Position numbers and translations under genes: made by a program
Shown here: positions 48,433-61,832 of the stretch, piece by piece
Numbering within the stretch: the first letter of the stretch is position 1
Layout of the letters: the number at the start of each line of letters is the position of its first letter
The notes under the pieces: model-generated
What the model saw: the letters and a program-made list of their open reading frames with translations, nothing else
Told to the model about the DNA's origin: nothing
Database searches by the model: none
DNA from: Tricharina praecox
Lineage: Eukaryota
Length of the DNA stretch: 64,000 bases
Assembly: GCF_024521635.1 (NCBI RefSeq)
Contig: NW_026250408.1
Span: forward strand, 310,001 to 374,000
Reading direction: 5' to 3'

Positions 48433-49277
48433 TGTTGCTGGAGTGATGCTGAAACGGTTGGAGCTTGGGGACTATGATGCACAATTGGGCGCGGCGGTGA
48501 TCATGTTATATACGGAAAATGCACTCTACATCTCGGTTTGTGGGGAAATTTACCGAGGCTTGTTTTTTGTTTCCTGCAAGCTGTAGGCTGTCACGGTGAT
48601 GACCGTTTTTGTTTTCTTCCATGGCATGTTCACAGTTCCTTCCGTCCGCTGGATCGCATCGCACGTGGCCCCCCGCATCGATCGGCTCCCCTCACTCAGG
48701 CACCGTGGTCCGTGTAGGCAGTAGGCTGTATGTAGGCTGTATGTAGGCTGCAGGTTGTGGGGTACCTAGATGGCGCTGGGATGTTTATCGATAGTAACAA
48801 TATCATACCTACAGGCTGCCTCCAGCCGAACCGGATAGAAGGATCGCACGGCGGGATACTATATTACCCGCGACTGCTCGGGGAAATTCTGGCCGAACGG
48901 GGCGTCTTCTCGAACCATTTCGCAACCCATTTCTTGGGTCATGGGTTTCCGATTCCGCGGTGCAGAGTTCGTCACTGGATAACTGGGTCGCTGGCCTATC
49001 AACACCGAGTGATCTGTGATGGGGGAGATACGTCACTTTGCATGACGAGGAACAAAACAGGGGAACTCAGCAGAGGACTTGCATTCATCGGCTCACCTTG
49101 ATGAGTACGGACCGTACGGTATACATCTCCATGTGCTCTCCATGATAACTGGAATCCCGGAAAGACAGCCCGCCTAGTGCCTACAGCGGGCCCAACCTCC
49201 ACTATGGATCTCCCCGCTTCAGCGCAGCACGACTCACGAGCAGCCAACCGCTTGGAGCTTCACGTCCTCCCGCAAAC

Positions 49278-49655
49278 TTAAGTCGAATAGTCGACCAACC
49301 GTTTTATCACCACCCGCAGCCGCCTCGCCGCCTCCCGAGACCAGTTCGTAACCGCAACCACAGCCTTCACCAGCTGACGTACATCCCCGCGCATCTCCTG
49401 CAGTATAGAGAGCACCAGGTACCCTACATCTGCCGCGAGCTCGGCGAAAACGATGAGAACTGGGTGTACCCGTGACCCAATAGGTGAATACTTGCGATTC
49501 GCCGCTCCAGCTCGGCGCCGCCGGGAGTTGGGTGGTCGTGGAGGACGGCGTGGGCGACTGCCTACGTTGAGAGAGCTCCGGCAAACGTCGATGAGAGCCA
49601 TGAGGTGCTGGAAGAATCCCGCTGGGACCGGAGCGGTGGGGACGGGGTTGGCCAT
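49278..49655 (-). CDS. Small hypothetical helical protein (possibly spliced)
   Basis: accATGG context, 125-aa ORF with amphipathic segments; no recognised domain. Confidence 0.35.
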   Translation of the reverse strand: MANPVPTAPVPAGFFQHLMALIDVCRSSLNVGSRPRRPPRPPNSRRRRAGAANRKYSPIGSRVHPVLIVFAELAADVGYLVLSILQEMRGDVRQLVKAVVAVTNWSREAARRLRVVIKRLVDYST

Positions 49656-50297
49656 GGTGGAGGTTTTTAGAAATCTTGGTCGGTGGATTGGGGAGTGCTG
49701 TTGGAAGTGCTGCTGGCTGCTGGAAGTGCTCTTGTAAGTGCTGTTGGGAGTGCAGGTTAACGGGTGGACATTGGATGGAATACTCCTCCATGTACATACC
49801 ATGTGTATATTCTCTTTCGGTGGGCACGTGCACCGATGGCGAGATGAAAGAACAAGTAACTCCGACGAGAAAATTCGAGATGTATCGAGTTGAGCACGGT
49901 GTATATGTCTGGACGAAGACCAATACCGGCCATCAATAGAGACCTTTGGTTACACACAATTGTGCCTGCTTCCCGTCGGGGCCCGCTGCAGGTACCCGTT
50001 CCTTCTGTTGCTCTAGCTCCGTCGGCCCAGTTAGCTTGAGCCACACTCCTACGCAGCAGCCACGCTCGTTTCGTCGATTCCATCCGTTTGTTTGTCTCTA
50101 ACCTTTCGACTTCACATCGTTCACTGTCCATACCTTCACGCTCCCTTCGTCCTCGCTCTCTGCTGGAAACAACACTCCCTTCATCATCGATCCCTGTCCA
50201 AACCTTCACATTCCCTTCCGTCCTCCCTCTCCATCGAACACAACACTCCAGCTTCACTAGTCACTACAATCACTCCCTCCACCGCCCCCACCGCATC

Positions 50298-51086
50298 ATG
50301 TCCTCGCAGCCGCAGCCGCCTCCCAGCCTCATCAGCACACTCCTCCACAGCAGCATCCGCCTGCACCGGTCACGGTACAACCTCCCCAGCCTCGTTCTCG
50401 TGGTCCTAATCACTTCTGGGTGCATCTCGACTCTCCTCGCGATCCTCCTCGTTTCACCCTCGCCAGTCCCCCAGCACCGGCACCGCGTAATCGCCTTCCT
50501 CCCGTTCAGCGTAATAATCTTCACCTGCTGGTGGCTGCTCTGGAGCTTCCGCACGCCCGTCATTGGCGACGTCTCCGACGACGCCGAGGGCGGTGCACAC
50601 ACACACGCACACGCACACGCACGCGCGGATAAGCGCGGGCCGACGTGGCGCCGCCACCCGCCGCCGACGACGACGCCGCCGCAGGTCGTCACCCTGCCCG
50701 CGGCGATTGCGGGGCGCCATGGGCGCGGGAGGGATAGTGCTGGCATGAGGCTTGTGGTGCCGTCGGTTAGGTCCAGGAGTGGGTCTGGGAGCACGGATGC
50801 CACGGTCGTGGGCGTGGGGCTGTCCAGGGAGACGACGAGGACCGGCGGCGGGGCGGGACTGTCCAGGGAGACGACGAGGACTGGCGGCGGGGCGGGACTG
50901 TCCAGGGAGACGACGAGGAGCCAGAGGGAGCAGATGCTCGGAAGAGTCGTGGTCAATGGGCTGAAGAGAGGCGGGAGCACGGCGAGTAGGAATACTACCG
51001 CGTCGGCGAAGGAGCGGCTGGAGGTTAATACCGGTGGCCTGAGCAGGACTATGTCCACGCGCAGTGATGCGCCGGGGTTGCCGTAG
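50298..51086 (+). CDS. Hypothetical membrane protein, two TM helices and GLSRETTR repeats in a basic tail
   Basis: Hydrophobic LVLVVLITSGCISTLLAILLV and IAFLPFSVIIFTCWWLLW; three 39-bp repeats; pyrimidine-rich leader. Confidence 0.6.
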   Translation: MSSQPQPPPSLISTLLHSSIRLHRSRYNLPSLVLVVLITSGCISTLLAILLVSPSPVPQHRHRVIAFLPFSVIIFTCWWLLWSFRTPVIGDVSDDAEGGAHTHAHAHARADKRGPTWRRHPPPTTTPPQVVTLPAAIAGRHGRGRDSAGMRLVVPSVRSRSGSGSTDATVVGVGLSRETTRTGGGAGLSRETTRTGGGAGLSRETTRSQREQMLGRVVVNGLKRGGSTASRNTTASAKERLEVNTGGLSRTMSTRSDAPGLP

Positions 51087-52879
51087 GTACTTGGCTAAGC
51101 GTTTGTGACACTGTTCCGTGACGCTGTTTGTCAATTGCGGATTGCGGGTTGGTTGGCTGGCTGGTTGCGTACTTTTCTATATCGTGTGCTCGGCGTTGCG
51201 TTGGTATTGGTGTTGGCGTTGGCGTTGGCGTTGGCGTTCGGTGGTATTAACTGATGGGCATTGGGGAGTCGCGAGCGTACGCATGGCTTGTTTGTTTGTG
51301 TGTTGGTCCTGCGGTGAGTGAATTCACATCTTCTAGCGATATTAATCATGCCGTTTCGTAAGATTCGGAATCGAAACATCTCACGTAGTACCTATCACTC
51401 GTTGTCGCGATGGAACGGCTTCGGTCCGGTATGTGGCTGTAGCTGTGACTGTGTATTATATCACTATCTACCTACCCGAACTACCAGCGGAGATCATGAT
51501 GTAGAGAATCGAGAATGGCTACAAGACCAGTAGTAAGTACAGTTAATTCGCACCTCCACAGGATATATCACGGGCACACGCAATGCCCTTCTTGTATGTA
51601 GACGATCCTGATTATTTCTTCAGCCGAGCCCGCAAGTATACGGATACATCGTGAGAGCTCTTCTGGTGCAGTCGTAGATGCCAGCTGATTTCAATTGATG
51701 GAGTTTGACGACAGATTTTGATATCCGAGTGAGCGTATATGTCGCGGTATATTTCCGGGGCAATGGCGAGGCTGGGGGGAACAAGCAGCGAGTGGATTGG
51801 CACAATCCATATCTACTTCCATCATAATGTGAAGTTATAATTTGCTCTAAGTATTTGCAGATTCAGACCCGAACAAACTCCAGACTCCAATACGTACGGG
51901 ATAACTGCAGGCAGGACAGGTGTCTGTTCGGACCTAGGGGTTTTCTAGGTACTCCACCGATCCATCCGAAGCCGTATGTACTTTACATACCAATCTACAA
52001 AGCATAGGAATTTTTCTGAGGATGGTCCGGCCAACAAGCAGATCAGAACTATTCATGACCTGGCTGGTCTGCTGTCCGCTGGGCCGGCCCATCTAAAGAT
52101 GGGAAAATCTGCCGTGTAGGCTAGCACATATATAAGGTATCCATACTTAGTACACGGACCGTGGACGGTGACGCTGGCCGCTGGCGGACGGCTGGAACTT
52201 GGCGTAACTGTTTCTGTACCTACTCTACATATATCTGTATCTGTATGCATTTGTGCGCGTGCGCAAGATAGCCTGGGGTTGTAGCCATCTCCGCCACCTC
52301 CGCCATCTCCGCCGTGTGAGCCGGAAATTGTGGCAGTCGGAGTCGGGGCAGTCGGAGCCCGCAGGGGACGGGTGAGTCGTGGGGGACGGAGAAGCAACCG
52401 CGCGTCGAGCAGCCAAGTAAGCAAGTATGCAAGTACGCAAGTATGGCAATCCCGAGCCCCATGTAGGTACTCTATACGATGTGCGTTGTGCGCAAAATGT
52501 CCCCGACCCCCGCCCCCGCCCCCTCTGTCTGTGCTCTGTCTGTGCTCTGTGCGCAGAGACTCCGAGACCGCGAGACTGCGCATTCTCTTGTTTCATATGT
52601 ACATCTATCTTTCTGTCTGTCCGTCAGTCCTTCTTGGCACCTTTTCCACCCCCAAAAGCGCGCCGGCGGCGCGCCGGATGCCGTTGCTGTGCTGTGCTGC
52701 GCTGGTATCTATCGGTGTGCTGCATCTCTTGCTGCATCTCGTGATGGATCGAGGCGGCAGGTCAGGGTAAATATGCGGGTCACAACGTCACAGGTAGCGG
52801 GATGCGGTGGGTGTGCGCACCACACCGTGTTGTCGGCCTCAGGTTTTTTTTCTGTTAGGATGGATGAGATAGATAGGAC

Positions 52880-52945
52880 GGATGGGATGGATGGGATGGA
52901 TGGGATGGATGGGATGGATGGGATGGATGGGATGGATGGGATGGA
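52880..52945. repeat. (GGATG/GATG)n microsatellite
   Basis: Directly visible. Confidence 0.9.
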
Positions 52946-55140
52946 TACTGTAGATGTTCGCTTCAACTTCGCTTCTTCGCTATGAACCGTAGCGTCACTT
53001 GCGTCTTGCGGTGGCAAACCATAAGTTAAGTTAAGAAGGCCCACAACCTAATACACATCTCGTCTATGGGGAAACTCTGGAAATGAATAGATAGATATAG
53101 ATATTCGCTACGAACCGACGAACCGTGGCGTCACTTGAGTCGCGAGTGGCAAACCATAAGTTAATTTAAGCAGAGACACAATACATAGACTACCGGTAGG
53201 GAAAACTCACATTCGAGACAGGTCGTGAACATGGTACATACTACGGTAAATACATAGACTACAAACCTGTAGAGTAGCGATGCTGACCATTTTGCCCATT
53301 GCCCATGCCCATGCCACCATGGTGGGGAATGCGGATCTGCGTACAGGGATCGAGGGTGGTTATGTGACTCACCTCCCCAGCTACTCACCTCCATGGTATT
53401 CAGGTACTCTACTCAGGTACTCACTCCAAACTACGACTACGACTACGAGTCTACGAGTCTACGATGGATGTGGAGATGACGATGGATACAAAGTACGAAA
53501 AGAAAGACAGAAAGACAAAAAAGAATGGAAGACACTACCACCATAAGACGATTGAGTTCTACTAGTATTCGATGCCATCTCATTGAATGCTCGGGGTTGC
53601 CAATAGGTAGCGTTCTACGGCACAGGAAAAGAAATATCCATCTCGATTCTCGAGAAATAGAGTAGGTGCGGATCTGGGCTCTGCAAGACTGCAATGCAAA
53701 CCATCACGATCGCGACTGGTCACTGCACTGGTCACTGCTTGTGCGTGTACCTATGTGTGTGTGTGCATGTCAAGTACCAAGTAGGCATAGAATATATTGT
53801 AGATTTTAAGAGTGAAGGAAAAAGTAATCGAACCGACAAAAGAAACCATCCACCACCCATAGCAACCCGCACAAGGAGACTCCAAAGGAAGAAGGAAGGA
53901 ACATTGCTCAGAGCACCGACCACATCCATCCCCGCGTCCATGCCCCGTCTGGATACTTTCCCCGGACCGGAGAAAAGCAACATCAGAAAAGCCTAACAAT
54001 ATAAGTAGGTACAAAAAACAGACCCAGATCCTGCTACCAACCAACACCCGTAGAAACAAACAGACATGAACAAGAGTATGATAAAAGAAAAGCAAGCCCC
54101 ACTCGACATCCAGCCGGCCGGTGCTTGGCCGAGATGTGCGGTTGCGGTTGTGATCGTAGTCCGTCGGTGTCATCGCCGTCGCCGTCGTCAGTCGTCGATG
54201 CGCCAAAGATGGCGGGCCTCGGAAGTCGGAAATCGGAAGTCGGGAGTCGGGGAGTTCGTCGCCGGTAATCAGCTCGCATGGTTGTTGGAGCTGGATGTTC
54301 GCCCGTCGGTCGGAGTAAAGAGGAGTTTAGGGAGGAGTGGTGTTTATACATGCGCAGCGCGTCGCATACTGTCGTCGGATCGGCTCACTTGTGGCCGAAC
54401 ATGCCGTATGGCGCCGGAGGCAGATCCGGGGTCGGAATGCGCGGGGGCTGCGGCCGCGAGGGGGGGGTCGACGGGGCAGGCATTGCGATGGGGTTGCGGT
54501 GGTGGTTGTAGTGGCAGTGGTGGTAGAGTAACAGCAGTGGCAGCAGAGGTAGCAGAGGTAGCAGTGGCAGCAGTGATAGTGCCAGTGGGAGCTTCGGTGA
54601 TGATGATACGATGCGATGCAAGGGTGATCCTTAGTGGAAGCGGATGTTGCTGTTGCTTTGGTATTGAGAACTCGTGTTGGTATGAGGAGTGGTGGTAGTT
54701 GATGTCTTGCGATCAGGTATGAGCGAACGCGGGATCTTATGTAGGAGTAGGAGCTGGAGTAGGTAGGTGTAGGTGTAGCTGGATTGCGATCTGATCTGCT
54801 GAGGAAGGTGGAGTGAAGAATGGATCTCGAAACGGTGGTTTCGGGTGACTCTTATATCATACCGGTTTCCGCTGGACGAGGAGACGGACACCCGTGCGCC
54901 CTCTCCCTCCGCCGGGGAGAGGGAGGGAGGAGAGGGAGGAGGAGGGTGGTGCTGCGGTCTTGAGTAACGGCCGGCCGCTGAGCCGTGCTAGAGAGTGTGT
55001 GCAATGCGAGTCTTGCGGGTCTTGCGAGTCTTGCGACCCTTCGCTCCCTTCCGCTCATCGCGTCGCTCGGCAGGGCTCCAGCTAGTGGCTAGTAGCTTTT
55101 GCGTCACAGCGGGTCCCTGGCCCTAGCTGTTACGGCAGGC

Positions 55141-55262
55141 AGGGTGGGGGGAGGGGAGGGGAGGGAGGGAGGGGAGAGGAGGGAGGGAGGGGAGAGGAGG
55201 GAGGGGAGGGGAGGGGAGGGAAGGGGAGGGGAGGGGAGGGAAGGGGAGGGGAGGGGAAGGGA
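55141..55262. repeat. Polypurine (GGGGA/GGAG)n tract
   Basis: ~120 bp of almost pure purine on the + strand. Confidence 0.9.
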
Positions 55263-57488
55263 GTCGGAGGGAGCCATGGCCTCGCTCGTTCGGCGGTGCG
55301 GAATCAGGCTTAGAGGCTTAGAGCAGACGGAGCGGAAAACCCCCACGGGACGGGTAGGCGGGTGGTGGTGGGTGACGGGTTGTCTGCGGCGGTGGTGGTG
55401 GTCATGGTCGTGGGTGAGTGAGTGCGTGTATGAGTATTGTGTGAGCGTCGGGGCGATGAGGGAGGGGAGGGAGGAACATCGAGGCTGCCAGGGAGTCATA
55501 CCTGAGTAGGCGGAATTACCTGAGCATCATTAGCAGAGTTTCGGTGAGACCCAATGAAGGAGCCAGCAAATTAGGCAGAGCTGACTGGACCGGCTGGCAT
55601 CCCTGTTCCTGCTCGGGTCTAGCCAGTTCGGACTGGCGGACCAATCAGCAGCGTGCTTCAAGAGAGCAGCACAGCCCCAACGCGCGGAGAGAAGAAAAAA
55701 AGAAAAAAGAATGAGCCATCCGACGCGAAATCACGGGAACTCGCGGAGAGAAGAAAAAAAGAAAAAAGAACGAGCCATCCGACGCGAAATCACGGGAACT
55801 CGCGTACAGTAGTTTGCTAATATCGTGACTCCTCGCGGAAAGTGGGGGGATTCCGGCCGTGGCAGAAGATAATAAGAAGGGGGCTGGCCACTCGCGCGAT
55901 TTTCGCGATGAGCAAAGTCGCGTCTTCCCAGGCCACCAGCAATTCCTCTGGGTGGACACATAGTTCGGACACGCCCTCCGCTCACGCGCAAACGAAACGA
56001 ACTCGCTCAATTCACTGCCCCTCAACGCGTCTTCCCGGGCCGACACGGAAATGAGGTGGTTGGGGGTACTCGGATACGGAATCGTACGTGTGGAAGCGTG
56101 TCATTTTCGCGCCAAAAGCTAACGTACGCGTGGCGGCTCAGCTAGTTTGTGTGTTCTCATGAGTCGATACTCAGAATCTAGAGTAGTACACGAGGAAATC
56201 CCCCACTATCGGCAGATTTCGCGGAGACGGCGGAAACGGTGCTGAGGCAGCCCGACAGACGTCACGACTCACGACGGTGGATGTGGCTTTATTTTTTTAT
56301 TTTTTTATTTTTTTAAGTCACAGGAGGAGCGGGGGAGGGGGGAAAGTTTACTCTACAGCGGATTCGAACCGCACCGAAGCGAAGCGAAGCTGTCAAACCC
56401 GAGAGCGCGCGCGAGGGATCGATTGATTGATTGATTCGCACCGCCGACTCTCGAGAAGCAGAAGCAGAAGCAGTTGGAGGACCCTGTACAATGCTCCCAT
56501 TTCGCGGAGGAAACACCCACCGCGCCGCGCGCTGGCCGACTGGCTATCAATCGAATCGCGAACCCCCGAGCCTCGTCTCGTCTCGCCTCGCGATGAAACA
56601 ACGAGTCAACGACCGCGCCCCAGGGGGCCACCCGGGCCACCCCCGGTTTCCGGCGAAGACGAGGAGCACGGGGAACACGAGGGTCTCGTGCCTAGCGGAC
56701 GAAACAACCAGCCGCGACATTGACGTCGACGTCCACGGTGGCAGTGACAATGACTGACAGTGACTGGAAGTTTTTAGATGCATGTTTACTCCACGTGTTG
56801 CAACTTGCGCATGTCACGTCGCATCCCGCACCGCGTCGCAGTGCATGTGCGCAAGGTACTCTGCGTCTGCGTCTGCGCAACTTCACGAATCACTTCAACG
56901 GACTGCTATGTGTGGTAGAGTACAAAGTGCTTCTTGGTTAACCACATCCGCACGGGGGTTTCAGGCAGCCGACGATTCACACCGGCGTCGAATCCGCGCC
57001 GATATGATAACTGCCAACTGCGCAGAAGCGCGCAAGAGCACTGGGGAGACGATGGGCACTCTGGATCTCCGGTGAGGTGAGGCCCAGTACCAGACGAAAC
57101 AGTAATCAGAGTACTCTATCACACCCAGGACAGGCCAGTCATCATCCATAACTACGGCCGCTACCGTCTCCGCAACCCTAACCCACGCTCTCCCCCACTC
57201 CTCCGCCTCCGCTCCGCCTCCGCCTCCTCCTCCTCCTCCTCCGCCTCCTCCTCCGCCTCCTCGCCAACGTGCTATGTATCCCTCAACGTCAGCGAATTCA
57301 CCTTTTTTTTCCAGTCAGCACTGGCAGCACTGGCATAAGGCGTCGGATTGGAACCCTATCGTCGCCTAGTTACTAGCAGATAGCCTAAGCCCTGACAAGC
57401 AGAGAACATCTGGATTCTGAACAGCCTTGGCGACGGGCGTCATGTTAGCGAACAAACTGCCGGGCGCCGTGCGCGACTCGCTCGTCGA

Positions 57489-57505
57489 AAGAGAGCGAGA
57501 GAGAA

Positions 57506-57560
<55 letters not shown>

Positions 57561-57567
57561 AAGAGAG
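57489..57567. repeat. (GA)n microsatellite
   Basis: Directly visible. Confidence 0.9.
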
Positions 57568-58104
57568 GTGCAAGACGTACCCCAGGTACGCGAGGTGTCC
57601 ACGAGGTGTCCACGAGGTGTCCACGAGGTGTCTACGTAGTTCTCGCAGCTTCCTTTCGAACCCGTCGAAAGAATCAAAGTCCAAGCCATGCCGACGAGTT
57701 TCGAAAACGTCGTTACGCGCCGGAGACGATTGAGTCACGCTCCCTCCCTCTAAAGTTGAGTACTGTACTCAGCACTCTACGAACTGCCGCAGCTCGCAGT
57801 CGCAGTCGCAGATTATTTTGTTCGTAAGCTCGCCTCGCATGAGCATCACCGTCGTGGCTATACAGCATACTTTGTCCCGTGCAGTTACAGTCATCCATTC
57901 CCTCGAGTTCAGTGAGAGCGATGCGTGCGATGCGAGCGGAAGAGGCCGGGCAGACAGCTCCCAGCTCCCTACATAGAGATAAGTAGAGTGGAGTACCTAC
58001 GTCGGTGTTTCCAGAGTATGCAACTCAAGTACCACCGCCCCGCCCGGTCAGTCAGTCAGTCGGTCGGTTGGCGGCAGCCAGACCGTCGCCAGACCGTCTC
58101 CGAT

Positions 58105-58196
58105 GTCATCAACGCCGTCAATATCGTCAATGTCGTCAACGCCGTCAATATCGTCAATGTCGTCAACGCCGTCAATATCGTCAATGTCGTCAACAA
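58105..58196. repeat. 27-bp tandem repeat x3 (CAACGCCGTCAATATCGTCAATGTCGT)
   Basis: Directly visible. Confidence 0.9.
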
Positions 58197-60967
58197 CCGT
58201 TGATCCTAACGTCTAGACGTCCAGAATACGTTTCCCCTCACGGCTCACGAGCGAACGAAGAAGGCTCATGATGAAAGATATGGTACGATACTGACGTTTC
58301 CTTTAACTAGCGCGATGTTTGGTTACCGTACTCGTAGAGGATGATCCTGCGCGGCTGCCTAAGTAGGCTGGCAGCTGGCTTGGTGGTTGGCGAAAGGCGG
58401 TGAGAAGACTACCGTTACCGTACCGTTGAGTCCTGCCTACTCTACATACGTCACGAACGCGAAAGTACGGCACCTATTGCCAACTTCATTCAGCCCCCAA
58501 CGGCCAAATCGTGATGTCCGGCGGGGAAGAAGTAATCACGACTCGACACGACAGGCAGTGGCAGGCACATAGGAACCACGCGGATGCACCCTCCCCCTCC
58601 CCCTCCCCCTCCCCCACGTCACGTCCACACAGGTAGTCTGCGGGAAGGTTCTAGAAGTGCCGTAACGCGACGATCCCGCGCGGGGGGAGGGGGAGGGGGA
58701 GGCCTGAGGTTGCCTAAGGATTCGGCGAGCATTGAGGCAGCTGTTGGATTGGTTCGCAAGCGAGGGATATTCAGCATATGACGCTTTCCACGCAATGACC
58801 GTCGACGCGGGGACAGGCAGAGGTACGATTTGATGCGATGCGGTGCAATGTGCGATGCGAGGTCCCGCGATTCGCTGGTTCGTGGGTCTGTTGGACTGTC
58901 GGACGATGGACCCAGACTTCCCGGACCGGGGCCGGACAACGACTATCTTTAGCCCACGTCACTAAAATTAAGCTCGTGCCCGTGAGCACTCGTCAGTGGT
59001 GAGTCGTGACTGAGCGCCTAACCTCGCGCCGAGCACCGGAATGAGCACTGAGCACTTAACTAGCACTGAGCACTTAACTAGCACTGAGCACTTAACTAGC
59101 ACTGAGCCGTGGGGTGAGCAACCCAGGTGCGTAGGTACTGTCACCGTACTGTATGTACTCTACATGCAATCATGGGTATCTAGCTACCGTATATTCTCGC
59201 CGACGTCGACGACGACTCCAGAACTACTGTTGTTCTAACTTCTGCGTAGTGGGAGACTGGCAACTGTGGGTAGGGTCTAGATACTCTATTTCTGTTGCCT
59301 CAGGGCTCACATGGAGGTATTTCTGGGAGACCGGCGACGGTCGCCGAGCCAGCGGGGACAGGCAGTAGAGCACTGGTGTCGTAGGGCTTGTCTCTCGGCC
59401 TGGTCGGATGGGTACGATAGGTAGACGGGCACCAGTACAGAAAGAAACACTGGGCAAAGATAGATACCTACATTACCGTTTTCGGGTGAAGACTGTGTAC
59501 GGTAGTAACTCAACGACTCTGGAGAGGCATGTACCAGTGCCTAGAGCATGTAGGGCATGTGACGCCCTCTCCTCGCCCACAGTCCACTCCTCGCCCACTC
59601 CCCACCATATGCATAGATGATGGTGCCCAACAAACAAACAAACACCTAGGATAGACTCTGCCTCTACTCTAATTCCCGCTGATAGCTACCGTACTATGCA
59701 TCCCACCCACCCTCCATCCACCCATCCACCCTCCACCCACCCTCCACCCTCCATCCACACATCCACCTCCACCCACCCTCCATCCACACATCCACCCTCC
59801 ACCCACCCTCCATCCACACCGTCCCATATGAACCCCCACCCGCATACTCATCCCGCATACACTCATCGCCCAACACGGAACCAACAAGAACAAGGCAGGC
59901 ATGGAACCTTCTAGACGGTTGCACCGCAGATTCCAGAGTCCGCAGCCTCCGCAGATTACAACTTGCCGTATGTACTAGGTATAGGTAGGCTTGACTTGCC
60001 TTGCCTGGACTTGACTTGGCTGGTTACATAGGCAATCGGTCGGAGTTGTGGTGACCTGTGAGTATGCACAACAACGACCACACCAACCACACCAACAACA
60101 GCTCTGTGATTGGCTGATTACCGGAGTGACGAATCGAACCCCGGAGTCCGGACGTTGCGCCAACTCACCAAGACTTAAAAAATACACGAGTGTTCCGTAG
60201 GCTGTGGACTGTAGGTGTATAGGAGGCTGTCCTGTGTCTTGGCTATGAACGGGTGGTGAGGGGGAAGCGGTGGAAGCGGGGGGGAAAGCGGGAGGGGGCA
60301 TCTGCAGATTGCTCATCATCACAGATCACTCGACGGCCGTGTCTGGCGCTGCGGATTTTTCGGGCGTGTTTTCGGATTTCGGATTACGAACACGGTTGGA
60401 AGGAAGGGAGTGGGAACACTGTACTGGCGCTGGAGCTCCGGGCTGTCGAAGCCGACCCGGTGGGGAACAGGCGCCTGTCAGCTCCATCCCGCTGTAACGA
60501 GTATCCCGTCGTGGAGGATGACATCCGGCAGCCTGCAGTCGGGTATAGCCACAGTCTTACAGGCGACTACCGGTACATACGCTCTAGGGTGAGGATACCT
60601 ACCTCGGATGATAACTCGGAGGAAGATGGCAGCCGGTCACGAACCATCACTCACCCCTTCCGTTTTTTTCTTCAAATCACCGCTTTCCAATGTCCACTTC
60701 TGACAAGATCTCTCTCTAGACTACTATCATGCCATGCTCTACTAGCTACTAGCTATCTACTAAGTAAGAGGTTAGCCGCATACGAATCATCAACCAAAAC
60801 AAACCCAACCGCGGAACACCCTCACCGCTTTTCTCCAGGCCCCCGTCCTGAAGGTCCCCGGAGCCGCTCGCGCACTTACTCCGGCTGTTTACATCTCCTA
60901 AGCAACTACTTCTTCGTCCTCCATCGACCTCCGGGCGGCGTCGGCGGCGGGGGGACGGGGGGGAGGG

Positions 60968-61141
60968 CTATACAGATCTACACGACGAACACGGCTGGTG
61001 CCCACACGCCCAGCAGCCAATCGTGAACGATGTGCCGCAGACGCAGCAGTAGTGGCCGCCGTTAAGGAACGGAAGGGGCGAAGTGGGTGTGGGCGGGGGC
61101 GCGGGGTGGGTGTAAGGGCTGTGCGGGGTTATGGGGTGCAT
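60968..61141 (-). CDS. Small Pro-rich protein with C-terminal Cys cluster (YCCxC...CWACGHxxCxxC); start uncertain, possibly degenerate
   Basis: GGHYCCVCGTSFTIGCWACGHQPCSSC is paralogous to the end of 61833-62147. Confidence 0.55.
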   Translation of the reverse strand: MHPITPHSPYTHPAPPPTPTSPLPFLNGGHYCCVCGTSFTIGCWACGHQPCSSCRSV

Positions 61142-61832
61142 AGTGCCATGGGGGTAGGGAGGGAGGGAGGGAGGTGCTTGGTATAAAGAGTGGGGAGCGG
61201 ACGGGCGAGCGGGACAAATCGCTGTGGATATAAGGATCGTGGTGCTCATGATGTCCGCGACGTCGAACACGATGGGCGGGCCCTCAACATGCGCAACGAC
61301 AATCATCATCACCATCCTCATTAACATCACGGAACGTACCACCCGACCTCGCGCCGCTGATTTCGCTACATACCAATCACGAGGGAGGCGGAGGTGGAGC
61401 CTGAAGGCGCGGGATACCACCTACCTTTGTAGTTTCCTACGCCACTACGTCCAGGCAGATGTGGGGGGTGGGAACCATAGGCGCCACCCCCAACGTCCCG
61501 ACGTCTCACCTGCCCTGGACGAGAAACAAGTTACAACCCAAGCAGGACTACCGTACATATGGACACGAGGACCGCTACAAATCGCTTGCCAGGAGTATAA
61601 ACAAGACACATGCAGTCCGATACGATATGCTAAAACAAGCCGATCTTCGGGATCCAATTGCCAACTATTCCTCAGCCACAAAACAAGCCATCAGGTGGGT
61701 GGGTATTCACACATAGATATTAGATATTAGACCCTCGGTACATGATGACCATCCAACCATCCACCCATCCCTCCCTCCATCCCATCCACCCACCCATCCA
61801 CCCATCCATTCCTCCCAGTCAACCCTCAAGCC

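Noticed and set aside
57173..57320. CAACCCTAACCC followed by a T-run, as a possible telomerase RNA template and pseudoknot
   Set aside because: No A-rich pseudoknot partner or CR4/5-like stem found by eye, and short telomere-like words are common. A covariance-model search would be needed.
52053..60900. Many 60-260 aa ORFs in the ORF track
   Set aside because: Low-complexity or microsatellite-derived translations without domain signal.
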